Assembly (NCBI GenBank): GCA_030599585.1
Contig: JAUVNS010000005.1
Span: forward strand, 256,001 to 320,000
Source of the DNA: Promethearchaeota archaeon
GTDB taxonomy: Archaea; Asgardarchaeota; Lokiarchaeia; Sigyniarchaeales; SOKP01
DNA length: 64,000 bases
Direction of reading: 5' to 3'
The notes beneath the pieces are model-generated. The model worked only from the letters and a program-made list of their open reading frames with translations, did no database searches and was not told where the DNA came from. Numbering within the stretch: the stretch's first letter is position 1; each line of letters starts with the position of its first letter. Made by a program: the position numbers and the translations under genes. Shown piece by piece: positions 10,576 through 21,436 of the stretch.

Positions 10576-10670
10576 CTTTTCCCAATTATCAAGCTTAACC
10601 TTATCCAAAGTGAACCACGGTGTGGATAAACTAACTTGGGAGAAGAGGTTAAGTGGTAATTCAGTTAGTT
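10576..10670. ncRNA. candidate structured RNA or leader (strand uncertain)
   Basis: Four complementary pairs in 95 nt: 10576-85/10636-45, 10594-601/10646-53, 10601-07/10623-29, 10629-36/10663-70. Confidence 0.35.
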
Positions 10671-10875
10671 ATTATTAAATAACAATTTATCTTATTTAAA
10701 CTTGTTGAATCTACATAGTATTTGTTTAATCGATATAGCACAAAATCCTAATAGATACTATAATAAAAGAAGGTAATAATTAAAACTAAATTACTTTGAT
10801 TTATATTCCTTTTTTTGATATTATTAAACTATATCCCTCTCCTTATTAAAAAGAATCAACTTCAATTTTTCTTTA

Positions 10876-13035
10876 ATGCAAACAGAAGTTTCTCGATATT
10901 TTAATCATCCCTTTCTAAAAAAAAATCGAGTATTTTATCGACAGTATCAAAATAATATCACAAAAAGGTGTAAAGGAAGAAATTCTTTAATAGTTTTGCC
11001 AACTGGATTAGGAAAAACGATTGTTGGGATTTTACTCGTAAGTGAAGCTTTAGAAAAGTATCCTAAATCCAAAATTATTATTCTTGCTCCTACTAGGCCT
11101 TTAGTTTCGCAACATAAAGATTCATGTAATAATTTTCTTAATGTTGAACCTGATGAGATTATTTCGTTTACGGGCAAGATTTCGCCTGAAAAGAGAATCG
11201 TCCTTTTCAACAACTCTAAAATTATCGTCTCAACACCTCAAGTGATAAAAAACGATGTAGAAAGGGGTCGATACGATTTAAAGCAAGTTTCTCTAATTAT
11301 CTTCGATGAGGCTCACAGGACAAGAGGTAATTATGCGTATTGTTTCATATCAACTGAATATTTTAATACTTGCCAAGATCCTCTTATACTTGGATTAACT
11401 GCTTCGCCAGGAAAAAGCTACCTTCGGATACAGGAATTGTGTGATAGTTTATTCATTGAGAATGTTATATTCAAAACCTACGAAGATAAAGACGTAAAAA
11501 AGTATATTTACGATATTGATACATATTTAGAATTTGTAGATTTACCCATTAAAGTCATTGAATTAAGTGCGGTTTGGTATAATTTATTCGAGAAATTTCT
11601 GAAATTCTTTATTGACAAAAAATTATTGCCCCCTAACAAAAGATACTATTCAAAATTAGATTTCTTAGGGATATCTCGCGACTTAACACTTTCTCTTAAG
11701 TACGAGAATGGATACTTACCGGAACTATCAGAAGAGGATTACTTCGATGCGCTCTTTTTTAAAACTGATCGAATAATAGATAAAGTTAAAGAAAACTCGT
11801 TAAACATTCAATCCATTTTCTCTTATTGCTCAAGTTTTATATCAATACTTCACGCTAAAGATTTATTAGAATCTCAAAACATTACGCTCTTTTTAAAATT
11901 TTTAGAAAAAATTGAATGGAAATCCGATCAAGATATACTTTCGGCTAAAAGAATCGTAAGCTCCGAACACTTCAAATTTATTAAAAACAATCTTCTACAA
12001 AATAATATTAACGACTATTCACATCCTAAAATAGAAAAATTATTTTCTATAATTACTGAAGAAACTGAGGATTATCGAAACAATAAGATAATAGTATTCA
12101 CCCAGTACAGAGCCATGGCTGAATTGTTAAAAAATTTAATAGAAGAACGCTTTGGGTCTTTAAGAGTTGAAAAATTTATTGGCCAATCAACCAAACCAGA
12201 TGATTTTGGATTTTCTCAAGATAAACAAATTGAAATAATTAAAAATTTTAAAGAAGGGACGCTAGATATACTTGTAGCCACCAGTGTTGCAGAAGAAGGA
12301 CTTGACATACCTAATGTGGACGCAATTATTTTTTACGAACCCGTCCCTTCAGAGATTAGATTAATCCAAAGACGCGGTAGAACCGGGAGATATAGACCCG
12401 GTAGGTGTTACCTATTAATAGCCAGACAATCTATTGATGTTCCTTTTTATAAAGCTGCAGAAAAAAAGGAGTCGACTATGCATTCTGTACTTATAGATTC
12501 AAAGCAGCTGAATCTGTGTGATGTAGTCAACCGAAAACAGATAAACTTCAAAGTAGCTTCCAATAAAATTTCAGAATATGATTTAATTAAAAATTACAAG
12601 GAAAGGCGTAAACGGGAAAAAGAACTTCTTGCCAATCGTTCAATCGAAGAAATCATTACAGAACTTGATAATTTTGCCCACAGTGAAGAGTTCAAAAGAT
12701 TTAAAAATGCAGGTGTGACTTTTTATTCTGATGTAATAGACTTGGATAAATTGAAATTGAAAACTTCAATATTAAAATTAAAAGGAAATCATAAAGAAAA
12801 AAAAAAGAAAATGCCAGAAAGAAAAATTTATTTAAATCATAATGTAAAGACATTAATTCGTATTGCTAAAACATATTCTGTAGACGGAAAAATTTCATTT
12901 TCGGATTTTAAAGCATTTGCTGAAGAAGAAGATATAATTGAAAAGAAATTTTACGCCCATTTGAATCAAGCTTGTTATTTAGGTTATTTAAAAAGAACAA
13001 CCAAAGAAATACAATTTATTAAAGATTACGATTAA
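10876..13035 (+). CDS. Hef/FANCM-family SF2 helicase, no recognisable ERCC4 nuclease domain
   Basis: LPTGLGKT, APTRPLV, DEAH, GLTASPG, ATSVAEEGLDIP, QRRGRTGR. Confidence 0.88.
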   Translation: MQTEVSRYFNHPFLKKNRVFYRQYQNNITKRCKGRNSLIVLPTGLGKTIVGILLVSEALEKYPKSKIIILAPTRPLVSQHKDSCNNFLNVEPDEIISFTGKISPEKRIVLFNNSKIIVSTPQVIKNDVERGRYDLKQVSLIIFDEAHRTRGNYAYCFISTEYFNTCQDPLILGLTASPGKSYLRIQELCDSLFIENVIFKTYEDKDVKKYIYDIDTYLEFVDLPIKVIELSAVWYNLFEKFLKFFIDKKLLPPNKRYYSKLDFLGISRDLTLSLKYENGYLPELSEEDYFDALFFKTDRIIDKVKENSLNIQSIFSYCSSFISILHAKDLLESQNITLFLKFLEKIEWKSDQDILSAKRIVSSEHFKFIKNNLLQNNINDYSHPKIEKLFSIITEETEDYRNNKIIVFTQYRAMAELLKNLIEERFGSLRVEKFIGQSTKPDDFGFSQDKQIEIIKNFKEGTLDILVATSVAEEGLDIPNVDAIIFYEPVPSEIRLIQRRGRTGRYRPGRCYLLIARQSIDVPFYKAAEKKESTMHSVLIDSKQLNLCDVVNRKQINFKVASNKISEYDLIKNYKERRKREKELLANRSIEEIITELDNFAHSEEFKRFKNAGVTFYSDVIDLDKLKLKTSILKLKGNHKEKKKKMPERKIYLNHNVKTLIRIAKTYSVDGKISFSDFKAFAEEEDIIEKKFYAHLNQACYLGYLKRTTKEIQFIKDYD

Positions 13036-13069
13036 AATCCTTTTTATATTTTAAGTGTTAAGTTCAAAA

Positions 13070-16000
13070 TCAAATCTTTTCGTCTTTCTTTTTTTTAAAT
13101 AAGAGATACCCTAATACCACTAAAGTTAGAATAAGTGGGATCATTATCGTAATCGGGTTTCCTCCGCTAATTTGAAATATATAATACGAGATAGCCGTGA
13201 GCGAAGCAAAGAAAGCGATAACAGAACCATACTGATTTGTGAAATTCTTTAACCTTCGCATCATTATATATACTCTAAAATTCATTTTCTTTATTACCTC
13301 TAACTCTTTGTCATCAAGCATACTCAGAACATCCGGATTCTCGTAATATAAACCGATCAGAGGATCGTATTTCCCTTTCAATTTTCCAGAACTAATTAGA
13401 GAAATTAGGTGTTTCTGAATAAGAGGTTTCTTTATCTTCAATTCGTGCTGTAAAAAACTTAATGTAAGGAATTCATTTGCTACGGCCTTTATTGCCATTT
13501 CCACGTAAGATTTCACAATTAATTCTTCTAAAGTTTTAACCTTCTCTCTTAATGTCTCGTTAAATTCTTTAATGAAACGATCAAAATCGTTTATTATATG
13601 CCTATTTTTGGTTTCAAAATCATTAGAATTTCTCTTAAATATTCTAATTAAATCAGCTATTTCTCGACTGGTTTTTTTAATCTCCTGTTCGATATAAATC
13701 TTTTTTTTATCAACTTTTAAGTATGCTCTCTTATACTGTTCCGTTTCAATATATTCTTCAACCCTGGTTTGTAACGTTCCTAATAATTGACTTAAATGGA
13801 TATTGTTGTTGGAAATCGTTGATATTAACTTACCTCGATTCGTCTCAAACCTCAGAGAATTTATTTTATCATTTATTGCTTGAATTCTATCTTCAATCAT
13901 TGTTTTGATTTTGTTTTTGAGCAAAACTGAGAATTCTCTCAATTCTGTTTCAAATTTCCTCGTTTCATAAGATATGTTTATAATTGATTTCAATTTATTT
14001 TCGATTTTTTCGTCGACTTCCTTTAATCTAATCCTAACATTCTCTTTTCTACTTTCAAGAATAACCTTCATCTCTGTATGAGACCCAGCTCCCTCAACAT
14101 CAGCAGATGTTTTTGTTAATTGATTTTCAATTTCGATTTTTAGCGTATCTAACAAATCGATGATGAATGTTTGTATGTCTTTAAACAAAACCAAGTTTTC
14201 TTTAATATTCAAAATCGCTTTTTCATTATTACTTATAATAGCTTTTAGATTATTAATCAGTTCCATATTTTCTAATCTATTCTCGTCAATATTTAGCTCT
14301 TTTATCTTAGTGTTGTATTGATTGGTAATAGAATCCTTCAAATCAATTAAATCATTAATTCTATTTTGAATTTCTAACAAGTTTACTCCAAGAGTTTTGT
14401 TTTTAATACACGAGTCGTAAAGGGCTAATAATTTTCCTACCGCCTCCTGGGTTTGCTTAATAATTCTATTTTCTGTGAAATTTGTCAATTTTCTATTCTT
14501 ATGATAAGCTTCAGTGTGAACTGTTAGTTCTTTTTTATCTTCAAGTAAATCACCTTGCAATTTAGACACCTCTATCATGTCTCTAATTCTTGGAATTATC
14601 ACTTTACATTTGAGTTTAAGCTTATCTGCAAGTTTTTTTATACTAATTGTATCTGTGTGTTCCTCCTCGCTCATTAATACAATTTCTTGAGAAATTATGT
14701 CATTTACATATTCTTCCTTAAGTTTATCAATTTCTTCAGTAAAGAAAATGTTAAATTTCTCCCATTGAATAATTTTTATCGAACTTTCATCAATGCTTGG
14801 GATAATAGCTTTAAGATTTGATAATTTTTTAGAAAATTTCTTGCTATTTTCGTTTAAATCAATTAGAATTGTATCAAAACCTCTAATAACAATTGGGATT
14901 TTATTTGTTTTGCTTTGATCAATGTTGTTCCTGTAATTTTCTAACTTAATCTTAAAATTTTGGATAGTATCAGAAACAAAATTATCAAAATCTTCAACAC
15001 CTGCTCTATTTCTTTCTTCTATAACTTTTTCTTTTAATAATTGCTCTTGTCCCGCTATAAACTCAATAATATTTTCTTCCAGGCTGTCGAGCTTTTCATT
15101 TATATATTTATAAAGTGGAAATAGTTTCTGTTTAAAAGAAATATTCTTTTTAACCATTGATTTTAAACTTTGAATTTTCTTAGTTTTATCTTTTAGTAGT
15201 ACATCCGCTTCCATCTTAATAATCTTAAAAGCGTCTTGATATTGATTTTGAGAAGTTATATTTTTAACATTCTCTTTTATTTGTAGAATTCCTTCTTGTA
15301 TATTATCCCTAACATTTCCAATCTCTCTATTCAATTCGTGGAAAAACTGGAAACCATTCGTATAATCAGCAAAAATCAAATCAAAGTTTTCTTTAAAATT
15401 AACCCATTTATTTATTATTTTCTTATGGTTCTTCGCGATCTTCTTCTCCTTGGTTGTTATCTGATGCGACACTTTGTAAATAACTGAATCGTATTTGCTT
15501 ACAACCTGAGCTATTTTATTAAACGCATTTATGATAAGTGATAATTTTTCTTCATCGTAACCCTTTTCAAGAACCTCCATAATGTAATTCTTAAAAGAAT
15601 CTATCTCACGATTTACCTGATCTTGAATATCGTATATTTTATTATCTAACTCGCCTAAAATATCGCTAAATTTTTTTAAACTTTCCATCTCTTGAATCTT
15701 TTCAAGGAGGTAATTATTTGCTTCGCCTAAACGCTTTTGCAGTAAAGAATAAGATTTATTCCATTGAGATATTTCAGAACCTAAAGCAGCTTGTAGGTTA
15801 ATGTATATAAGCTCTTGATTAAACGATGTTTCAATGTTTTTATTAAGAAAATCTGCTTCCATTAATGAATCTCGCAATACAAACTTCAACCTTTCTTTAG
15901 CGAAATCAACTTCGTCAATCATAAGATAAGATTCTATTTCTTCCTTTATTTGTGGAATTGTGTTCTTGAGCTTCAAGGTCATATTGTAAATATCATTTTT

Positions 16001-17482
16001 AATTTCCTTCAGTTTAGCTTTTTCTTCGAAAAGTCTTTCACTATTAATTTCTTTATCAGAAATGATTATGTTTTTGTACAAAACATCTAAACAAAAGTAA
16101 AATTTTGTTTTAAATAAATAAGCCTTTTTTGATCTAATCTCTCCTTCAAAAAAATGGTTGCTTATTAAGTCATAGATGATCGGAAAGATTTCTTCTTTTA
16201 ATTTCACGGGTTCCTGTTGGTAGGAACTTTTATATTTTTTGTGTATATCCGAAAGTGAAATGACGCTACTATTACTTAGTTGGCTATAGACTTCTTCGAT
16301 AATTTGCTTTTTACCTTGACTTAAATTTTGTAAATAATCATTAAATTCAGATGAAATATCGATATTCTTTAAAGAAAACATGTAATTGAGGTTAATATAC
16401 AGTACAATCTCTTCTACTCCATGGCTTAACCCAAAAGTAGTCTTTATCTGGTTTAAGTCTATAAAATTGTATGTTTCTAATCGCTTAAATACAACTCTCT
16501 CGATTTCTTCGATAAAACGATTCCAGATAATAGATAGCAAAATTACGAGTTTAGTAACGTTTTTTAACGCGATTAAGTTCCAACTTTCTTTATCTTTCAA
16601 TAATAAGTCTAATTTTTCGGCGATAAAAGAATAGATTCTTGCTGGATTGTAATCTATAAGCCATGAGTATATGTCAAGAAGATTTACGCACCAAAATGTA
16701 GATTCAATATCCCCTCCAATTGAATCTATGACAAAACCTCCATTTGGCTGTTGAAATTGATAGAAATACTGAATTTCCTTATCTTTTACATCTACATCTA
16801 AATCAAAGAATTTCAGACTAAGGAGTTTAAAAATAAAAGATACATCCTTCTTTCTTTCTCTAAGATATTGACGAAATTGCTCTTTGAAAACTCTTACATC
16901 AACACCGATAAGCATAAGACTTTCGACTACATAGTAAAAAGTCTCCCCCAAAGGTCCTTGATTACCAAATTCGCATTGTTTGTCAAGGCAATGTAAGAAT
17001 CCGTTATTTCTTTTATGATCATAAATAAAGTTTTTAACTTTTTCTATAACTATATCTTGGCCTTTAGACGCTAGGTATTGTTGGAGCACACCCAATAACT
17101 CTAAACTTGCTAATGCATAGTATGTAGACCATATATCAGGTGTTTTTAATGAATAAGGCGATGCTTTAAATCCCAATTGATCTTTTTCAATTATCTCAAC
17201 TTCACAATTTTTTACAAATTCTAAGAAAACTTCGGTATTATCGTCCACTTTTTGTTTGATATACTTCCTCAGGAGGAGAAACCAAAAAAGATCCTCTAAA
17301 TTTAAAGACGATTCATTATTTAAGTGTATATTATAATATTGATATAAATCTAAAACTTTATTGTAATTACTTAAGTAGAAATTGCCGATATCCTTTCTAT
17401 TTGCTAAAACAAAAGATTTAAAAGGCTCTTTTTTGAATTCCGTAATGTACGGATATGCTGTCTTGTTCTCTACATTTGTCAA
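13070..17482 (-). CDS. large protein: prenyltransferase-like barrel repeats, winged-helix (PCI-like) units, coiled coils, two C-terminal TM helices
   Basis: PDIWSTYYAL and QQPNGGF...DIESTFWC repeats; LISSGKLKGKYD-type units; hydrophobic C-terminal hairpin. Confidence 0.65.
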   Translation of the reverse strand: MTNVENKTAYPYITEFKKEPFKSFVLANRKDIGNFYLSNYNKVLDLYQYYNIHLNNESSLNLEDLFWFLLLRKYIKQKVDDNTEVFLEFVKNCEVEIIEKDQLGFKASPYSLKTPDIWSTYYALASLELLGVLQQYLASKGQDIVIEKVKNFIYDHKRNNGFLHCLDKQCEFGNQGPLGETFYYVVESLMLIGVDVRVFKEQFRQYLRERKKDVSFIFKLLSLKFFDLDVDVKDKEIQYFYQFQQPNGGFVIDSIGGDIESTFWCVNLLDIYSWLIDYNPARIYSFIAEKLDLLLKDKESWNLIALKNVTKLVILLSIIWNRFIEEIERVVFKRLETYNFIDLNQIKTTFGLSHGVEEIVLYINLNYMFSLKNIDISSEFNDYLQNLSQGKKQIIEEVYSQLSNSSVISLSDIHKKYKSSYQQEPVKLKEEIFPIIYDLISNHFFEGEIRSKKAYLFKTKFYFCLDVLYKNIIISDKEINSERLFEEKAKLKEIKNDIYNMTLKLKNTIPQIKEEIESYLMIDEVDFAKERLKFVLRDSLMEADFLNKNIETSFNQELIYINLQAALGSEISQWNKSYSLLQKRLGEANNYLLEKIQEMESLKKFSDILGELDNKIYDIQDQVNREIDSFKNYIMEVLEKGYDEEKLSLIINAFNKIAQVVSKYDSVIYKVSHQITTKEKKIAKNHKKIINKWVNFKENFDLIFADYTNGFQFFHELNREIGNVRDNIQEGILQIKENVKNITSQNQYQDAFKIIKMEADVLLKDKTKKIQSLKSMVKKNISFKQKLFPLYKYINEKLDSLEENIIEFIAGQEQLLKEKVIEERNRAGVEDFDNFVSDTIQNFKIKLENYRNNIDQSKTNKIPIVIRGFDTILIDLNENSKKFSKKLSNLKAIIPSIDESSIKIIQWEKFNIFFTEEIDKLKEEYVNDIISQEIVLMSEEEHTDTISIKKLADKLKLKCKVIIPRIRDMIEVSKLQGDLLEDKKELTVHTEAYHKNRKLTNFTENRIIKQTQEAVGKLLALYDSCIKNKTLGVNLLEIQNRINDLIDLKDSITNQYNTKIKELNIDENRLENMELINNLKAIISNNEKAILNIKENLVLFKDIQTFIIDLLDTLKIEIENQLTKTSADVEGAGSHTEMKVILESRKENVRIRLKEVDEKIENKLKSIINISYETRKFETELREFSVLLKNKIKTMIEDRIQAINDKINSLRFETNRGKLISTISNNNIHLSQLLGTLQTRVEEYIETEQYKRAYLKVDKKKIYIEQEIKKTSREIADLIRIFKRNSNDFETKNRHIINDFDRFIKEFNETLREKVKTLEELIVKSYVEMAIKAVANEFLTLSFLQHELKIKKPLIQKHLISLISSGKLKGKYDPLIGLYYENPDVLSMLDDKELEVIKKMNFRVYIMMRRLKNFTNQYGSVIAFFASLTAISYYIFQISGGNPITIMIPLILTLVVLGYLLFKKKKDEKI

Positions 17483-17690
17483 CTAAACAAACTCCAAACT
17501 TCTTTTAATAATATAACAATGATAAAAATTTTCGAATTTATTTTTTTAGTATTATTTTGTTTGATGCATTTGAAATTATCAATAAGATACAAAAAAGTTA
17601 ATTCTAGTATTGAAATCTTTAAAGTTTTAGCAATATTTAGTAAAATATTCAATTTATTTTCTTGAATAAGTATACAAGGAGATTGAGGAT

Positions 17691-18749
17691 ATAATTACTA
17701 TTGATAAGAAATGTATTGGATGGTTATGCAGTTATACACCTATAGAACTCATCTACGCTGCAGGTCTTCTTCCATATCGTATAATTGGCCATTCAAATCC
17801 ACCACAAAACGCAGATTCTTATATACATCCCAATTTCTGTCAATTTATAAAATCTACAATTGATGTAGCAATAGAAGGTGGATATGATTTCCTCGAGGGG
17901 GTTATTTTCGTAAACTCTTGCGATGCGATGAGGAGACTGCACGATGTTTGGAAAAGGTACGTTCCAACGAAGTTTATTCATATATTAGATATTCCGATGG
18001 GCAACTTATCTTTGGGTTCAAAGTATCTCGAAAATGAGTTTCTGAAGCTTAAGAACGCGCTCGAAAAATATGCATCTACCCAAATTAAAGAGGAAGATAT
18101 TAAAAACGCTATTGACATTTATAATAATTCACGGTTATTGTATAACCAACTGAACTCGTTAAGAATGGAAGATCCTCCATTAATAACAGCAGGTCGCTTA
18201 ATGGAACTCACGACAGATTTCTTCAAAATCGAACCAGATGTTTGGAATGAGAAAACTAAAAAGCTCATAGAAGAAATAAAATCAGAAACTACGAAAGCAG
18301 AACAAAAAAAAAGCCCTCGAATCCTTTTATCTGGAAGTCCACTCCATGAAATAGAATTCCTTAAATTTATAGAAGGAATTGGATTGAATCTTGTTTACGA
18401 AGATCTTTGTACTGGGAGCAAATTTTTTGATTTGAATATTAAAGAATCTAATAACTTAATATCTTCATTAAGCGAAGCTTACTTAACAAGAACTCCATGC
18501 GCTCGAATGATGCAAATAGAAGAAAGAGCTAAACAGATCATAAATAATTCAAAAAAATTCAAGGCCGATGGAGTAATTCACCATTCCTTAAAATTTTGCG
18601 ATACATATTTGTACGATGTTCCTGCTTTGAAAAAAATCTTGCGAGAAAATGAAATTCCTGTTTTATTCATTGAAAGCGATGGCGGGTTAGGAGACGTAAA
18701 TCAACTTAGAACGAGAATTGAAGCCTTCTCAGAAATGATTAAAAATTAA
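17691..18749 (+). CDS. 2-hydroxyacyl-CoA dehydratase subunit (HgdAB/FldBC family); start extended to a non-canonical ATA/ATT
   Basis: Frame open upstream of ORF-track start 17928 and encodes IGWLCSYTPIELIYAAG; C-terminal LKFCD and TRIEAFSEM. Exact start uncertain. Confidence 0.85.
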   Translation: MITIDKKCIGWLCSYTPIELIYAAGLLPYRIIGHSNPPQNADSYIHPNFCQFIKSTIDVAIEGGYDFLEGVIFVNSCDAMRRLHDVWKRYVPTKFIHILDIPMGNLSLGSKYLENEFLKLKNALEKYASTQIKEEDIKNAIDIYNNSRLLYNQLNSLRMEDPPLITAGRLMELTTDFFKIEPDVWNEKTKKLIEEIKSETTKAEQKKSPRILLSGSPLHEIEFLKFIEGIGLNLVYEDLCTGSKFFDLNIKESNNLISSLSEAYLTRTPCARMMQIEERAKQIINNSKKFKADGVIHHSLKFCDTYLYDVPALKKILRENEIPVLFIESDGGLGDVNQLRTRIEAFSEMIKN

Positions 18750-18762
18750 CAAGGTGGTTAAA

Positions 18763-19983
18763 ATGGTATCTCACAATATATTAAAAAAATATTTTGAACA
18801 ATTGGAGACCGGTCTTAAAAATAAACTTGAATCTAAAGTTACTGCTCGTAGAAAATTTGTGTACGAGATAGCACGGATTGGTTCTCGTATATTTGACAAC
18901 GATTGGTCAATTGCTTGGACAACTGTATTTGTTCCATACGAAATACTTAATTCCATGAGTGTTTCTGGAATGTTTGTAGAATTTTTTGGAGCGATGCTTG
19001 CTGGAACAGGTATGTCCAGTAAATACCTTGATCTCTCTGAAAGCAAAGGTTTTTCAACTGATAGCTGTTCCTACCATAGAACTATAATTGGGGCTGCAAT
19101 GGATGGCTTACTTCCGGAACCAGATGTGCTTATAGGTGCAAGTATTCCCTGTAATGGTGGTGTAAAAGCCTTGAAGCGAATTGGAGAAATATTCAATAAA
19201 GAGGTGTTTATACTGAACATACCTATTGAAGTAACTCCAGACGCTGTCGATTACTTAACTGATCAATATAGAGAAATGATAAAATATGTTGAAAATGAAA
19301 CTGGCCGCAAACTAGACTACGATAAACTTAAAAAAACAATCAAATATAACAATCAAGCAAGAGAATACCTTTTAGAAGTTAATAACTTCTGCAAGAATGT
19401 TCCTTGTCCTGCAAACTCAAACGACTTAAAAAATTTCATAATTTATATATTACTTCAAGGAACTGAAGAAGGTGTAGAAGTTGCAAAATTATTTAGAGAT
19501 GAGTTTAAATTTCGCATTGAGAACGGATTAACGGGTTTATCTGAAGAAAAATTTCGTTTAATGTGGATACAGAATAGAATACAGTTTAAAACGGATATTT
19601 TAGATATTTTGGAAGAGAAATTCGGAGCTAATATCGTTATCGATGAATTAAACCATATTTGGTGGGAACCTATGGATGAAAGCCAACCTCTAAGGAGTTT
19701 GGCTAATCGAATGATAACTCACCCTATTGTCGGGCCTGCAGAACGCCGTCTTGAAGTCATTACGCAATTAGCTCAAGAATACAAAATTGATGGTGCTGTT
19801 AATCCCGCTCACTGGGGATGCCGTCAAAGCGCTGGAGCTCGAGTCTTGTTTAAAGACGCACTTCAGAAGATAGGGATCCCACTTATTCATTTAGATGTAG
19901 ATTGCGTAGACCAACGAAACTACGCACCAGAACAAATAATGACTCGACTCGAAGCGTTTTTAGAAATGCTTTCTAATTACTGA
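18763..19983 (+). CDS. 2-hydroxyacyl-CoA dehydratase partner subunit
   Basis: DSCSYHR, HWGCRQ, TRLEAFLEML. Confidence 0.88.
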   Translation: MVSHNILKKYFEQLETGLKNKLESKVTARRKFVYEIARIGSRIFDNDWSIAWTTVFVPYEILNSMSVSGMFVEFFGAMLAGTGMSSKYLDLSESKGFSTDSCSYHRTIIGAAMDGLLPEPDVLIGASIPCNGGVKALKRIGEIFNKEVFILNIPIEVTPDAVDYLTDQYREMIKYVENETGRKLDYDKLKKTIKYNNQAREYLLEVNNFCKNVPCPANSNDLKNFIIYILLQGTEEGVEVAKLFRDEFKFRIENGLTGLSEEKFRLMWIQNRIQFKTDILDILEEKFGANIVIDELNHIWWEPMDESQPLRSLANRMITHPIVGPAERRLEVITQLAQEYKIDGAVNPAHWGCRQSAGARVLFKDALQKIGIPLIHLDVDCVDQRNYAPEQIMTRLEAFLEMLSNY

Positions 19984-20054
19984 ATTTAGTAATTATAAAA
20001 TAACTTCAAAATATAAATCAAAAAAGATAAAAAAAAAGGAGTAGTTCTACTCAC

Positions 20055-21416
20055 TTATTTTAAATTTGTAGTATCTAATAAATTGTATTTGGATATCATT
20101 TCAAGAACACCCATTACTTGCATGCCATGGTTGTATTGCTCATTTGCATCGCTTAAATTTCTCCAACAAAAGGGGCACTCCGTGGTGAGTATATCAGCCT
20201 TTACTGCATTAGCTTCGTCGCATCGTAGACTTGCTGTACGTAATGAAAACTCAGGATAACCTGCTCTAACTCCACCGCCGGCACCACAACACATAGAATT
20301 ATTTTTTATTCGATACATTTCAGTAAACTTAATCCCGACATCTTCTTCAAGTTTTCGTAAGATAACTCGAGGAATTTCGAACCATGCCTCGATCATTTTG
20401 TCTATTTTACGCATATCGAACATTAAATTCGTTGATTTCTTGATCATTGATTGTTCTATATCGTGCGCAAAATGCCTACCAGTGTGGCAGGGATCGTGAT
20501 ATGTTACAACTTTTCCTTTGAGTTCTTTGTTCGGTTTAAACTTAATCTTGCCGTCCGTGATTAATTTAGAGACTAATTCAAATGCGTGCATCGTTTTAAA
20601 CGGTAGCTCTTCTCCTTCTGCCATCCATTTAGGGTAATCAATAGTAAAAGTCCGGTAGCAACCTGCACAAGAGAAGTATACTTCTTCCAAATTCTTGAAA
20701 GCTTCTAAATTTTTATTCATTAACATCTGGGCAGTATCAACAGCTCCGACTCTAAAGAAGGGACTTCCACAACACACTTCATCTTCGATTAATGTGAAGT
20801 CTATGCCTAATTGTTCGAAAATCTTTGCTGTAGCGATAGCAACTTCTACTTGCCGATAACTCGCAGTACAACCGACGTAATATCCAAATTTTGCGTTTTT
20901 GTTGTTTATGTATTTCCCTAAACCAGCATCCTTTGCCCATTTAAATCGTTCATCTGCTTTTCCTCCGTAAGGATTGTTTAATTCCTTAACTAAACGATCA
21001 ACTAATTGGTGCTTTTCTATCATAGGGACGCCTGATTCTACGAGTGCGGCTCTTAAAGATTCAATGATGTCTACTGTGGGTATTTTATTCTCGCATTGAG
21101 TTGCACATTGTCCACAAGTAATGCAAGGCATAATAACATCTCTTACTTCTTCTGAAAATTCTAAATCTCCGCTTAATATCGAACGGGCAATCCATATTTT
21201 TCCTGCATTCCAAAAAGCTTCCCAACCGTATTCAATTCCCGCTGGACACGCATCAATCATACCTTCATAAAGCACTGTTCCTTGTTTACCAGCGTGTTCT
21301 CCGATTCCCTCTTTATCAGGTTCCCCTGAATACGCAAATCGACAAGCTTTACAGTGGATGCATCTATAAATATCGCCTTTTAATTCTTGTAATCTATCCA
21401 TTCCAGTTTTTGCCAT
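20055..21416 (-). CDS. Fe-S oxidoreductase with CCG domains (HdrD/GlcF-like)
   Basis: Two CxxCxxC motifs, CCGSP, YHDPCH, CCGAGGG, CPFC. Confidence 0.88.
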   Translation of the reverse strand: MAKTGMDRLQELKGDIYRCIHCKACRFAYSGEPDKEGIGEHAGKQGTVLYEGMIDACPAGIEYGWEAFWNAGKIWIARSILSGDLEFSEEVRDVIMPCITCGQCATQCENKIPTVDIIESLRAALVESGVPMIEKHQLVDRLVKELNNPYGGKADERFKWAKDAGLGKYINNKNAKFGYYVGCTASYRQVEVAIATAKIFEQLGIDFTLIEDEVCCGSPFFRVGAVDTAQMLMNKNLEAFKNLEEVYFSCAGCYRTFTIDYPKWMAEGEELPFKTMHAFELVSKLITDGKIKFKPNKELKGKVVTYHDPCHTGRHFAHDIEQSMIKKSTNLMFDMRKIDKMIEAWFEIPRVILRKLEEDVGIKFTEMYRIKNNSMCCGAGGGVRAGYPEFSLRTASLRCDEANAVKADILTTECPFCWRNLSDANEQYNHGMQVMGVLEMISKYNLLDTTNLK

Positions 21417-21436
21417 TTTTTTTTAACCTCCTTTGT

